Shown in pieces: positions 1 through 8,939 of a DNA stretch of 64,000 nt. How positions within the stretch are numbered: the stretch's first letter is position 1; each line of letters starts with the position of its first letter. This DNA comes from Candidatus Multivorans sp. (GTDB taxonomy: Bacteria > Acidobacteriota > Thermoanaerobaculia > Multivoradales > Multivoraceae): positions 1,536,001-1,600,000 of the forward strand of contig OZ251997.1 of assembly GCA_965247095.1 (NCBI GenBank), in the 5' to 3' direction. A program made the translations under genes and the position numbers. Under the pieces are notes generated by a model. The model searched no databases. It was not told where the DNA came from and saw only the letters and a program-made list of their open reading frames with translations.

Positions 1-2018
1 ATCCCGACCGGCGTCTTGATCCCGGTCGACAGCATGTCGATCCGGGTCTTGATCGGCATGGTCCAGGAGTTCGTGACCCCCGGGAACTGAAGCGCCCGAT
101 CGAGTTCCGCGATCAGGTCGTCGCGGCTCAAGCCGGGGCGCCACTCGTCCTGGTCCTTGAGCACGATCGTCGTCTCGAGCATGGACAGCGGCGCCGGATC
201 CGTCGCCGTCTCCGCCCGGCCGACCTTGCCGAACACGGACTCGACCTCCGGGAAGCTGCGGATGATCCGGTCCGTCTGCTGGACGATCTCCCTCGCCTTG
301 CCAATCGACACGCCCGGCAAGGTGGTCGGCATGTAGAGGAGATCGCCCTCCCACAGCGGCGGCATGAACTCCGAGCCGATTCGCCGCAGCGGTACCGTGG
401 TCGAGCCCAGCACGACGATCAGCAGCACGACGACCAGCCAGCGGAATCGCACGGCGCCGGCCACCAGCGGGCGGTAGACGAAGCGCAGGAACCGGGACAC
501 CGGATTGCGTCGCTCCGAGACGATCCGACCGCGCACGAGCCAGAACATCAGCACCGGCACGACGGTCACCGCGACCACCGAAGCCATCGCCATCGAGTAG
601 GTCTTGGTCAGGGCCAGCGGTTTGAACAACCGCCCCTCCTGGGCCTCCAGCGTGAACACCGGCAGGAACGACACCGTGATCACGAGCAGGCTGAAGAACA
701 GCGTCGGCCCGACTTCCTGCGCGGCGCGCAGAACGATCTCGAAGTGGGATCGCTTCCCCTTGTCCGCCTCGAGGTGGCGATGGACGTTCTCGACCAGGAC
801 GATCGAAGCGTCGACGAGCACGCCGATCGAGATCGCGATGCCCCCGAGCGACATGATGTTCGAGCCGAGGCCTTGAACACGCATAACCACGAACGCGAGC
901 AGAACCGAAACCGGAATCGCCAGGATCGGCACCAGCGCCGACCGGAAGTGGAACAGAAAGACGAGGCACACCAGCGCGACGACGATGGACTCCTCGATCA
1001 GAGTGTCGGAGAGCGTAGCGATGGAGCGTTCGATCAGGCCGCTGCGGTCGTAGGCGACCGAGATCTCGACATCGTCCGGCATGCCGCCGGCCAGATCGGC
1101 CAGGCGCTCCTTCACGCGCTCGATCGTGGACCGGGTGTCGGCGCCCGAGCGAACGACGACGATGCCCCCCACCGTCTCGCCCTCGCCGTTCCAGTCGGCC
1201 AGGCCGCGCCGGATCTCCGGTCCGATCGTCACATTGGCGACATCGCGGAGCAGGATGGGTACGCCGCCTGGGCCGGCCGAGAGGACGATCGTCTCCAGGT
1301 CCCGCACTTCTCGCACGTAGCCGCGCCCCCTCACCATGTACTCGCGCTCCGCCATCTCGATCAGGCGTCCCCCGACATCCGCGTTCGACTCCTGGATCGC
1401 CCGCCGCACGACCGGTAGAGACAGACCGTAGGCCCGGAGGCGAATGGGATCCACCTCGACCTGGTACTGGCGCACGAAGCCTCCGATCGAGGCGACTTCG
1501 GACACCCCTTCGACCGCCAGCAGGCTGTACTTCAGGTACCAGTCCTGGAGCGAGCGGAGTTCCGCCAGCGACCGCGAGTCCGAGTTGAGCACGTACATGA
1601 AGGCCCAGCCCACGCCGGTGGCGTCCGGACCGAGCTGCGGCGACACGCCTTGCGGCAACCTGTTCCCGAGCCCCGCCACGGACTCGAGCACCCGCGAGCG
1701 CGCCCAGTAGAGGTCCGTCCCGTCCTCGAAGATCACGTAGACGAAGGAGAAGCCGAAGAACGAGTAGCCGCGGACGACCTTGGCGTAGGGCACCGACAGC
1801 ATCGTCGAGGTGATCGGGTACGTCACCTGGTCCTCGACGACCTGGGGCGCCTGCCCCGGGAACTCGGTGTAGAGGATCACCTGCACGTCCGAGAGGTCGG
1901 GAATCGCGTCGATGCGCGTCGTCCTCACCGACCACACGCCTGCGGCCACGGCCAGCACCAGCCCCGCCGCAACCAGCAACTGGTTGCGGAGCGACCACTC
2001 GATGACGCGGTTCAGCAT
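1..2018 (-). CDS. cusA: CusA/CzcA-family heavy-metal efflux RND permease (3' end runs off window)
   Basis: Manual translation from ATG 2018: MLNRVIEWSLRNQ...DAIPDLSDVQVI...GQAPQVVEDQVTYP...YWARSRVLE...GIKTPVGI; frame is consistent to position 1. Confidence 0.95.
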   Translation of the reverse strand, partial: MLNRVIEWSLRNQLLVAAGLVLAVAAGVWSVRTTRIDAIPDLSDVQVILYTEFPGQAPQVVEDQVTYPITSTMLSVPYAKVVRGYSFFGFSFVYVIFEDGTDLYWARSRVLESVAGLGNRLPQGVSPQLGPDATGVGWAFMYVLNSDSRSLAELRSLQDWYLKYSLLAVEGVSEVASIGGFVRQYQVEVDPIRLRAYGLSLPVVRRAIQESNADVGGRLIEMAEREYMVRGRGYVREVRDLETIVLSAGPGGVPILLRDVANVTIGPEIRRGLADWNGEGETVGGIVVVRSGADTRSTIERVKERLADLAGGMPDDVEISVAYDRSGLIERSIATLSDTLIEESIVVALVCLVFLFHFRSALVPILAIPVSVLLAFVVMRVQGLGSNIMSLGGIAISIGVLVDASIVLVENVHRHLEADKGKRSHFEIVLRAAQEVGPTLFFSLLVITVSFLPVFTLEAQEGRLFKPLALTKTYSMAMASVVAVTVVPVLMFWLVRGRIVSERRNPVSRFLRFVYRPLVAGAVRFRWLVVVLLIVVLGSTTVPLRRIGSEFMPPLWEGDLLYMPTTLPGVSIGKAREIVQQTDRIIRSFPEVESVFGKVGRAETATDPAPLSMLETTIVLKDQDEWRPGLSRDDLIAELDRALQFPGVTNSWTMPIKTRIDMLSTGIKTPVG

Positions 2019-2022
2019 CGGA

Positions 2023-3468
2023 TCACCCGCCGTCGTCCCCGTGGCTCATATCGCCGCCCTCTTGGCCCATCTCACCCATGTCGTTGCCCTCGTGGGCGCC
2101 GCCTGACGCCGCCGCCGCGTCGACCATCTTCTGCACCGCCGCCCGCAGTCTGGACTCCGAGTCGAGCAGAAACTGCGACGAGGTGACGACTTCGTCTCCG
2201 GCCGAAAGACCCGAACGGACCTCAGCGAGCCCTTCCGAGGTCTGGCCCAGCTCGACTTCGCGGGGCTCGAACCGGCCGCCGCCCAGCGCCACGATGACGA
2301 CGTTCCGGCGGCCGGTCCGCAGCACCGATTCGGTCGGTACGGTCAACGCCCCCCTGACCAGGACCGGGTCGAAGATGACGGTCGCGAACATCCCCTTCCG
2401 CAAGCGGCCCTCCGGATTGGGCACCGCGATCTTCACCGTCAGGGTCCGCGTCTGTTCCGACATCTCGGGCTCGATGAACTCGACCGTGCCGCGGATCGTC
2501 TCGCCCGGGAAGTAGGTGAAAGCCACCTCCGCCTCGACGCCCGGACGGATCCAGACCACCTGATCCTCGAACACCTCGACCGATAGCCACAGGGACGTGA
2601 TGTCGGCGATGTGGTACGCCTCCATGCCGGGCGTCACCGCCATCCCCTCGAGCCCCGGCATGCGTCTCATCACCAAACCCCCCGCCGGTGCGGTCACCGT
2701 CAGCGTCCGGAAGATCTCGCCCGTCTCCTCCAGGCGCGCGATCTGATCGGGCGAGATGTCCCAGAAGGCGAGCCGCGCCCGCGCCGCCGCCACCAGCGCC
2801 TCGGCCCGAAGCCGGGCATCATCCGCACCGTCCCCGAACCTGGACGCGTAGCGAATAGCCGAGAGCAACTCCTGTTCGGTCTGGACCAGCTCCGGCGAGT
2901 AGACCTCGAACAGCCCGGCGCCCTCGGCCACCGGCTCGCCGACGTGGTTCACGTAGACCTTCTCGATCCACCCGTCGTACTTCGTGGTCACGGTGACCAT
3001 CCGCTCCTGGTCGTACTCGAGATAGCCGACCGTCCGGATCTCGTGCCGGAGGTCCCGCCGCGTCGCCGTCTCTGTCCGGACGTTCATGTTCTGGACCACG
3101 ACCGGATCGATCACCACCGTCGCTCCCGCACCGATCGCACGCTCCGCCTCGTCCGCATAGACCGGCAGGTAGTCCATTCCCATCTCGTCCCTGGCCGGCA
3201 CCGGCGAGCTGATCGTCGGATCCATCGGATTGCGGTAGAAGAGAATCTCCCGCTCACCTCCGACAGCCGACCGCTCCTCGCCCGAGGCGGCGCTCGCCAT
3301 CGGCCCCGCGTGGTAGCCGACCGTCCGCTGCAGCCAGGTGTCCACCGGGTGAACGCCCAGCGGATCGAAGAACAGGACGTAGAAGGCCGCGAAACTCCCC
3401 GCGACCCAGGCGGCGCCGCGCACCAGCGCCTGAAACGACACGCCGGAACCGTTCGTCTTGTTCGTCAT
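2023..3468 (-). CDS. cusB: CusB-like efflux RND periplasmic adaptor with heavy-metal-binding domain
   Basis: YRNPMDP...RDEMGMDYLPVY motif, YSPELVQTEQELL, SSQFLLDSES; His/Met-rich tail. Confidence 0.92.
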   Translation of the reverse strand: MTNKTNGSGVSFQALVRGAAWVAGSFAAFYVLFFDPLGVHPVDTWLQRTVGYHAGPMASAASGEERSAVGGEREILFYRNPMDPTISSPVPARDEMGMDYLPVYADEAERAIGAGATVVIDPVVVQNMNVRTETATRRDLRHEIRTVGYLEYDQERMVTVTTKYDGWIEKVYVNHVGEPVAEGAGLFEVYSPELVQTEQELLSAIRYASRFGDGADDARLRAEALVAAARARLAFWDISPDQIARLEETGEIFRTLTVTAPAGGLVMRRMPGLEGMAVTPGMEAYHIADITSLWLSVEVFEDQVVWIRPGVEAEVAFTYFPGETIRGTVEFIEPEMSEQTRTLTVKIAVPNPEGRLRKGMFATVIFDPVLVRGALTVPTESVLRTGRRNVVIVALGGGRFEPREVELGQTSEGLAEVRSGLSAGDEVVTSSQFLLDSESRLRAAVQKMVDAAAASGGAHEGNDMGEMGQEGGDMSHGDDGG

Positions 3469-4847
3469 CTCGCTGCCCCTCCGTTCCTTGCCAGCGCCGG
3501 CAGGGGCCTCCCGACCGCCCCCTCCAGCTCCGCGAGACCGATCAGGTAGTCCGCCCTCGCCCTGTCGGCCGCCGTCCGCGCCTCGAACAGAACATGCACG
3601 GCGTCGAACAGGTCGAGCGTGTTCAGGGCGCCGGCGATGTAGCCCCCCTCCGCCGATTGGAGAGCCTCCTCCGCCTGGACGATCAGCAGATCCTCGAGCA
3701 GACGCAGGCGCCTCCAGGCTAGAGGCAGCCGCTGCACCAGCTCGCCCACCTCTGTTTCGATCGCAAGCTCCGCACCGCGCCTCTCATCGACCGCGTGGGA
3801 CCGCAGGTCGAGAGCTTCCTGCACCGCCGCGGCCCGGCGCCGGCGGCGGACCGGCAGCGTGACGCCGCCGCGAACCCCGAACACGTCGTTGCCGTTGCCT
3901 GCCGGGGCCAGGAGTCGTGCAGCCTCGTCGCCCCGTGGCGTCACCAGCGTGTAGGTGACCCCGACGGTGAAGTCGGGTCTGCGCGCCATCCGCGCCAGCC
4001 GCTCCAGCACCTCAGCCTGGGCAAGTCCGGCGCCGGCGGCCCGCAACTCGGGCCGCGACGACCGCGCGAGAGCCAGCAGTCCCTCAGTCGCCGGCCTGAG
4101 TTCTTCGATTGTTCGCGCCATGCGCCCTCTGGCCACCGGCGCAACGGCCGGCCGGTCGCGTAGGGAGTTCAGCCGAGCGCGGAGAGCGGCCTCGCGGAGA
4201 TCCAGGTCCACCAGGGCCCGCTCCGCGCGGGTGATCTCTGCCTGCAGCTTGAGGACCGCCTGGGTCGAACCCACGCCGGTCGCGTACCGGGACTGGGCGA
4301 TCTCCTCGTGCTGGATCAGATGCTCCAGGAAGGTCGCCGCAACCTCCCGCGACCGGTCCAGGAAGGCCAACTCGTGGTAGAGCCGCCTGACTTCGGTGAC
4401 CAGGCGGAGCCGTCCCGCCTCCACCTCGTGTTCCAGGACGACCGCACCTTCGACGGCCGCGGCCTCCAGCAGATCGAGCTTTGCCAGCCACGGCAGGGCC
4501 TGGCTGAAGCTGAGCATGAGACGCTGAGAGCCGACGCGGGTCTCAGGCGGCAGCAGAAAGGCCGTCGCTTCGGCCGTCGGATCCGGCAGCGAGGCGACCT
4601 GGGGCGCCTTCTGCGCCGCCGCCCGCGCCCGGGCGAAGCCGGCTCGAATAGCCGGATTTCGGTCCAGCGCCTCCGCGACCAGGGCACGCAGCAGCGGTTC
4701 CCGGATCCCCTCCGCGACCAGGTCGGCCGCTGTCGGCGCCGGAGCTTCGGTCAGGTGGCGCTGCTGATCGGTTTCGGCCGCCAATGGTCGCGCGGTCGCC
4801 GCCGCGATCAGAACGACGGCAAGCAGGCAAGGCGTTGATCGATGCAT
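3465..4847 (-). CDS. TolC/CusC-family outer membrane efflux protein
   Basis: Signal peptide, ALDRNP, LPDP, RPEL motifs; 4-bp overlap with cusB. Confidence 0.9.
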   Translation of the reverse strand: MHRSTPCLLAVVLIAAATARPLAAETDQQRHLTEAPAPTAADLVAEGIREPLLRALVAEALDRNPAIRAGFARARAAAQKAPQVASLPDPTAEATAFLLPPETRVGSQRLMLSFSQALPWLAKLDLLEAAAVEGAVVLEHEVEAGRLRLVTEVRRLYHELAFLDRSREVAATFLEHLIQHEEIAQSRYATGVGSTQAVLKLQAEITRAERALVDLDLREAALRARLNSLRDRPAVAPVARGRMARTIEELRPATEGLLALARSSRPELRAAGAGLAQAEVLERLARMARRPDFTVGVTYTLVTPRGDEAARLLAPAGNGNDVFGVRGGVTLPVRRRRRAAAVQEALDLRSHAVDERRGAELAIETEVGELVQRLPLAWRRLRLLEDLLIVQAEEALQSAEGGYIAGALNTLDLFDAVHVLFEARTAADRARADYLIGLAELEGAVGRPLPALARNGGAAR

Positions 4848-4925
4848 CTGAATCCCCCGCAGAAACGTGTTCCCTGCGACCGCCTTCCCTCAGAAGACGA
4901 CCGCTCGACTCGCTTCAGCGGAGGA

Positions 4926-5291
4926 TCAGAGCAACAGCGCCGAGAACAGCGTGTAGCGCGGAACGGTCGGCGGCGGATCGGCGTCGCAGGCGTGGACCGC
5001 GGCCTCGAGACTGTCGGCGGCAGGCGTGTCCAACCCGCAATGGGACAGCGCAGGCGGGTCGATGTCGCCGGCAGAGCCGGACAGGATCGCCTTGGCTGAC
5101 GGAGGCGCCGATTCGGCGCTGCAGCAGGCCGACATCAGCATCTTGCCGTGCCCGCAGGACGCCATCTCGTGCGTCTGCTGCATCTCGCACGGATCCTCCG
5201 GCGCAACGAGCGAGACGCACATTCCCGCCACCGGGGCGGCCAGGACCGCCAGTGCCAGGAACGCCGAGATGAGCCGGAAAGCGCTGCGCAT
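4926..5291 (-). CDS. Small Cys/His/Met-rich protein upstream of cus operon (121 aa)
   Basis: ATG 5291; hydrophobic N-terminus, several Cys/His, C-terminal DPPPTVPRYTLFSALLL; co-oriented 78 bp before the TolC gene. Confidence 0.7.
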   Translation of the reverse strand: MRSAFRLISAFLALAVLAAPVAGMCVSLVAPEDPCEMQQTHEMASCGHGKMLMSACCSAESAPPSAKAILSGSAGDIDPPALSHCGLDTPAADSLEAAVHACDADPPPTVPRYTLFSALLL

Positions 5292-5390
5292 CGTGACCAC
5301 TCTACACCCCCAACCCTTCCGCGGCCTGAAATACTCCGGCAATCCGCTCCAACCCCTAAGCCCCGTTCACAACGCAACGCCGGAGATCAG

Positions 5391-6479
5391 ATGATCCGCT
5401 TCCCCGCCTTTTCCCGCCGCAGCTTCCTGCAAACGACGACCGGCCTGGCCGGTGCCCTGGCCCTGCCCCGCATCGCCCTGGGCGCCGAAGTCCGGCCGGC
5501 GCCCGGCATGCCCGCGCCCCGCTTCGTGCTGACGAACGGCATCCGCATGGCGGTCTACGAGCAGGGCTCGGGCGTCCCCGTGGTGTTCTGCCACGGCTTC
5601 CCCGAGCTCGCCTTCTCCTGGCGCTTCCAGCTTCCGGCGCTCGCCGACGCCGGGTTCCGCGCCATCGCCCCCGATCAACGCGGCTACGGACTGACCGACC
5701 GGCCCGACGACGTGACGGACTACAGCCTGAGGCACCTCTGCGACGACATGGCGGGGATGCTCGACGCACTCGAGATCGAAAAGGCGGTCTTCTGCGGCCA
5801 CGACTGGGGCGGCGGCGTGGTGTGGATGATGGCGCGCCTGCACCCGGACCGCTGCCTCGGCATCGTCGGCGTGAACACTCCGGGCGGACGACCCCCGGGC
5901 ATGCCGCGCAGCCAACCGCCCGAGGAACCGATCATCGTGAGGAGTGAGAACTACTACACGATCCAGTTCCAGGAACCGGGCCGGGCCGAGAAGGCGCTGT
6001 CTGCCGACGTGCGCAAGTCGTTCCAGATGCTCCTGCGCCGCGGCTACATATGGGACGTCGAGGCCTTCAAGGCGATGCCGGAGGACTCTCCCGAGCGGCA
6101 GATGGATCTGCTCCGCATGCTCGAGCGAGACGACTACCCCGGCGAGGTGTTCCTGTCGGAGGAGGCCCTGGACTACTTCACCGAGACTTTCGAGACCACC
6201 GGCTTCACCGGCGGCCTGAACTGGTACCGCATGGCGGGCCGTGCCTTGCCGGGGATCGAGAACGCCAAGTGGGAGATCGACGTGCCGTGCCTCTACGTCG
6301 GCGCCGAGAACGACGTCATCCTGCGGCCCTCCTCAGCCGACGGCATGGAGGACTTCATCGACGACTTCGAGAAGTACACGGTTGCGGACTGCGGCCACTG
6401 GACGCAGCAGGAGAAGCCCGAGGAGACGAACCGGGTGCTGATCGACTGGCTGCGACGGAAGATCGCTAAGACCGCGTAG
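5391..6479 (+). CDS. Alpha/beta hydrolase, epoxide-hydrolase-like, with Tat signal
   Basis: SRRSFL twin-Arg, HGFP, GHDWGG nucleophile, GGLNWYR, GHWTQQE; ATG 5391 after GGAG. Confidence 0.88.
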   Translation: MIRFPAFSRRSFLQTTTGLAGALALPRIALGAEVRPAPGMPAPRFVLTNGIRMAVYEQGSGVPVVFCHGFPELAFSWRFQLPALADAGFRAIAPDQRGYGLTDRPDDVTDYSLRHLCDDMAGMLDALEIEKAVFCGHDWGGGVVWMMARLHPDRCLGIVGVNTPGGRPPGMPRSQPPEEPIIVRSENYYTIQFQEPGRAEKALSADVRKSFQMLLRRGYIWDVEAFKAMPEDSPERQMDLLRMLERDDYPGEVFLSEEALDYFTETFETTGFTGGLNWYRMAGRALPGIENAKWEIDVPCLYVGAENDVILRPSSADGMEDFIDDFEKYTVADCGHWTQQEKPEETNRVLIDWLRRKIAKTA

Positions 6480-6503
6480 CGCCCACTCGAGCGGCGGCCG
6501 CCG

Positions 6504-7472
6504 TTACTCCCCGATCCGCTCCCAGACCAGCGAGTCCTGGACCATGCGTCCGTCCACTTCCCGGGCCGGTGGCTGGAGCGTCAGCGTTCGCTCTCCGAAC
6601 TCGTAGGAGCGCTGAGCATCCGTGTCCATGCAGCTCGGGAACCAGCAGCCCAGCCGGTGGTGAACGATGTAGCCGTCGTCGGCGTGGATCGTGTACGGAC
6701 CGAAGTAGCTGATGTAGGTGCGGATCGAGGAGGCCGCCTCCTCGGCGGTCGGGCGCGGGCCGGCGAAGGGCTGACGCTCCGGCCGCACCAGGTGCACGGC
6801 CATGTGCCCGGACGCTGTGTAGATGATGAAGCCGTCCTCAAAGGTCCGTTCAACAGTCTCTGCTTCTCCCGCTTCGTCCCGCCGTTCCAGCCGGTCGAAA
6901 TGCCAGAAGCCGATGAAGCGCCGGTGTTCGTCGGTGAGTTCGGCGAGGTCCGGCAGCTTTCGCCAGGTCAGCCGAACCGTCCCGCCGTCCGTGCCGGCAG
7001 GCGGCTGCAGCGTCAGCAGGTCCTCGGCGAACTCGTAGTTGCGAACGTAGTCCGAGCCCGCGGCGTTCGGATTCATGCTCGACCGTAGGTGGTGGGTGAC
7101 GGCGCCTGCTTCCGGATCCACCGTGAAGGCCCCGAAGTACGCCGTGTAAGACCGGTAGGCGGCAAGCCGTTCTTCCGGCGTCGCACGAGTTCCCGGGGTG
7201 GCGGCCTGACGGTCGGCGCCCTGGATCACGACCCCCATGGCGCCCGCCGGGTCGTACATGATGAAGCCGGTCGACTCCTCGTTGCGCGACAACTCCTCGC
7301 CGTCCGCCGAGTGGCGCACGATCGATACGAGTTCCCAGGCGCCGTGGAGCGCCGTGGCCGGATCTTCGGCACCAGACGAGGCCGGCGTTCCCTCTTCGTT
7401 CGCGGCCGAGCCGCCGCAGGCTGAGAGCAGCAGCAGGCACGCACCGGCGAAAGCAGTCAGAGTCGAAGGTAT
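6504..7472 (-). CDS. Tandem lipocalin-like domain lipoprotein (start uncertain)
   Basis: Two repeats (GAWELVS/GFWHFD...YTAYFGAFT/YISYFGPYT...LTWRK/LVWER); frame stays open upstream of GTG 7319 through a lipobox LSAC. Confidence 0.7.
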   Translation of the reverse strand: MPSTLTAFAGACLLLLSACGGSAANEEGTPASSGAEDPATALHGAWELVSIVRHSADGEELSRNEESTGFIMYDPAGAMGVVIQGADRQAATPGTRATPEERLAAYRSYTAYFGAFTVDPEAGAVTHHLRSSMNPNAAGSDYVRNYEFAEDLLTLQPPAGTDGGTVRLTWRKLPDLAELTDEHRRFIGFWHFDRLERRDEAGEAETVERTFEDGFIIYTASGHMAVHLVRPERQPFAGPRPTAEEAASSIRTYISYFGPYTIHADDGYIVHHRLGCWFPSCMDTDAQRSYEFGERTLTLQPPAREVDGRMVQDSLVWERIGE

Positions 7473-7577
7473 CTCCGTTCTCCTCGATTCAAGGGCTCCA
7501 GGTTGGGGGGGCCACCGCTTCAGCTCCGGCGGTCCTAAACGAGCAATTTCCGGCCAGATTCCTTCGTCGACCAGAGA

Positions 7578-8939
7578 CTACCCGCAAAATAGCGGGTCCA
7601 TGGCGCCCTCAAGAGCTGCCTTCGCGGCGGCCTCTTCCTCCGTCATGCCTTCCCCGGCGAGCGGCCTCTGCTCCTGCACGTCGTTTGCGAAATCGAAGAA
7701 ACGACCATCGTCATACAGCTTGTAGCGGCGGTCGTGGACGAAGGTCACTTCCGGGATGGTCATGAAGCGCGGCCGGAAATCGGTGAAAATCCAGTCCCGG
7801 GCGGAGTTCGCCTCGCCCCGCAGCACCGGGAGGAAGCTCCGGCCGTCGATCACCCGATCGCCGGGCAGCGTAGCTCCAGCCGCCTCGACGATCGAGGGCA
7901 GAAAGTCGGCGAAGTCGATCAGGGCGTCTGACAGCCTGCCACTCTCGACAGCAGCCGGCCAGGAGGCGATGAAGGGGACGTGTACGCCGTAGTCGATCGT
8001 CGTGCCTTTGCCGCCGGGGATCACGGCGCCGTCCCGCATCTTGCTCGTGATCTGTGTCGGCGTACCGTTGTCCGCAGTGAGCAAGATCAGCGTGTTGTCG
8101 CGGACTCCCAGGTCCTCGAGCCCGTCCACCATCTGGCCGATCAGCTTGTCCGTGTAGGCGACCATGTCGGCGAAGTAGGCCGGGTCTTCGGCGTTGCGGT
8201 CCCCGATCCAGTCCGCACTGTCCGGAGTCGGCACGAACGGGGCGTGGACGAGCGCCATGGCGTGGTAGGCGAAGAACGGCCGGTCCGAGTCCTCAGCAAC
8301 CTGCGACTCGATCCGGTCGAGCAGAAAGTCCGCAAACAGATCGGGGCCGTACCGGCCCTCGTAGGTCCCGCCTTCCCCGCCAGGACCCCATAGCAGCGGA
8401 TCGGCATAGCGGCCGCCCTTCTCGTGGTAGTGCCAGACCAGGTAGTCGTCGAAACCGGCCTCCTCCGGCGTTTGCCCCAAACCCTCGCAGCAGTCCTTCT
8501 CCGGCGCCCAGACCTGTTCGAAGCCCGACATTTGCCACTTCCCGGCCAGGAAGGTGGCGTAGCCGGCGTCCTGGAGCAGGTTGGCCAAGGTGACCTCGTC
8601 GGGCGGCAGAACCCCCCACTCCCTGTAGTTGCGGCTGTTGTAGCGCCCGGTCATCAACTTGAGCCGCGAGGGCGCGCACAGCGGCATCGCGTAGGCGTGG
8701 CTGAAGCGGACACCTTCCGCGGCCAGACGATCGATGTTCGGCGTCTCGTAGGACGCGCCGCCGTAGGAGCCGATCGCCTCAAAGCCCAGGTCGTCGATCA
8801 GGATGAGGAGGATGTTCGGCTGCTGCGGCGACTCGGGGCCGGCGTTCTCCTCCGCGTCCGGCGCCGCTGCGCAGCCAGCCGCCAGCACCACCAGGATCGG
8901 GAACCAACGCCAGGATCTGCCCATCACTTCTCCCATCAC
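7578..8939 (-). CDS. Cys-type sulfatase, lipoprotein
   Basis: PNILLILIDDLG, CAPSR (CxPxR), GKW, lipobox AAGC. Confidence 0.92.
   Translation of the reverse strand: MMGEVMGRSWRWFPILVVLAAGCAAAPDAEENAGPESPQQPNILLILIDDLGFEAIGSYGGASYETPNIDRLAAEGVRFSHAYAMPLCAPSRLKLMTGRYNSRNYREWGVLPPDEVTLANLLQDAGYATFLAGKWQMSGFEQVWAPEKDCCEGLGQTPEEAGFDDYLVWHYHEKGGRYADPLLWGPGGEGGTYEGRYGPDLFADFLLDRIESQVAEDSDRPFFAYHAMALVHAPFVPTPDSADWIGDRNAEDPAYFADMVAYTDKLIGQMVDGLEDLGVRDNTLILLTADNGTPTQITSKMRDGAVIPGGKGTTIDYGVHVPFIASWPAAVESGRLSDALIDFADFLPSIVEAAGATLPGDRVIDGRSFLPVLRGEANSARDWIFTDFRPRFMTIPEVTFVHDRRYKLYDDGRFFDFANDVQEQRPLAGEGMTEEEAAAKAALEGAMDPLFCG

Noticed and set aside
7473-7580. TAG read-through fusing the sulfatase to the in-frame lipocalin gene
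   Set aside because: The downstream protein has its own lipoprotein signal and RBS; in-frame adjacency arises by chance one time in three
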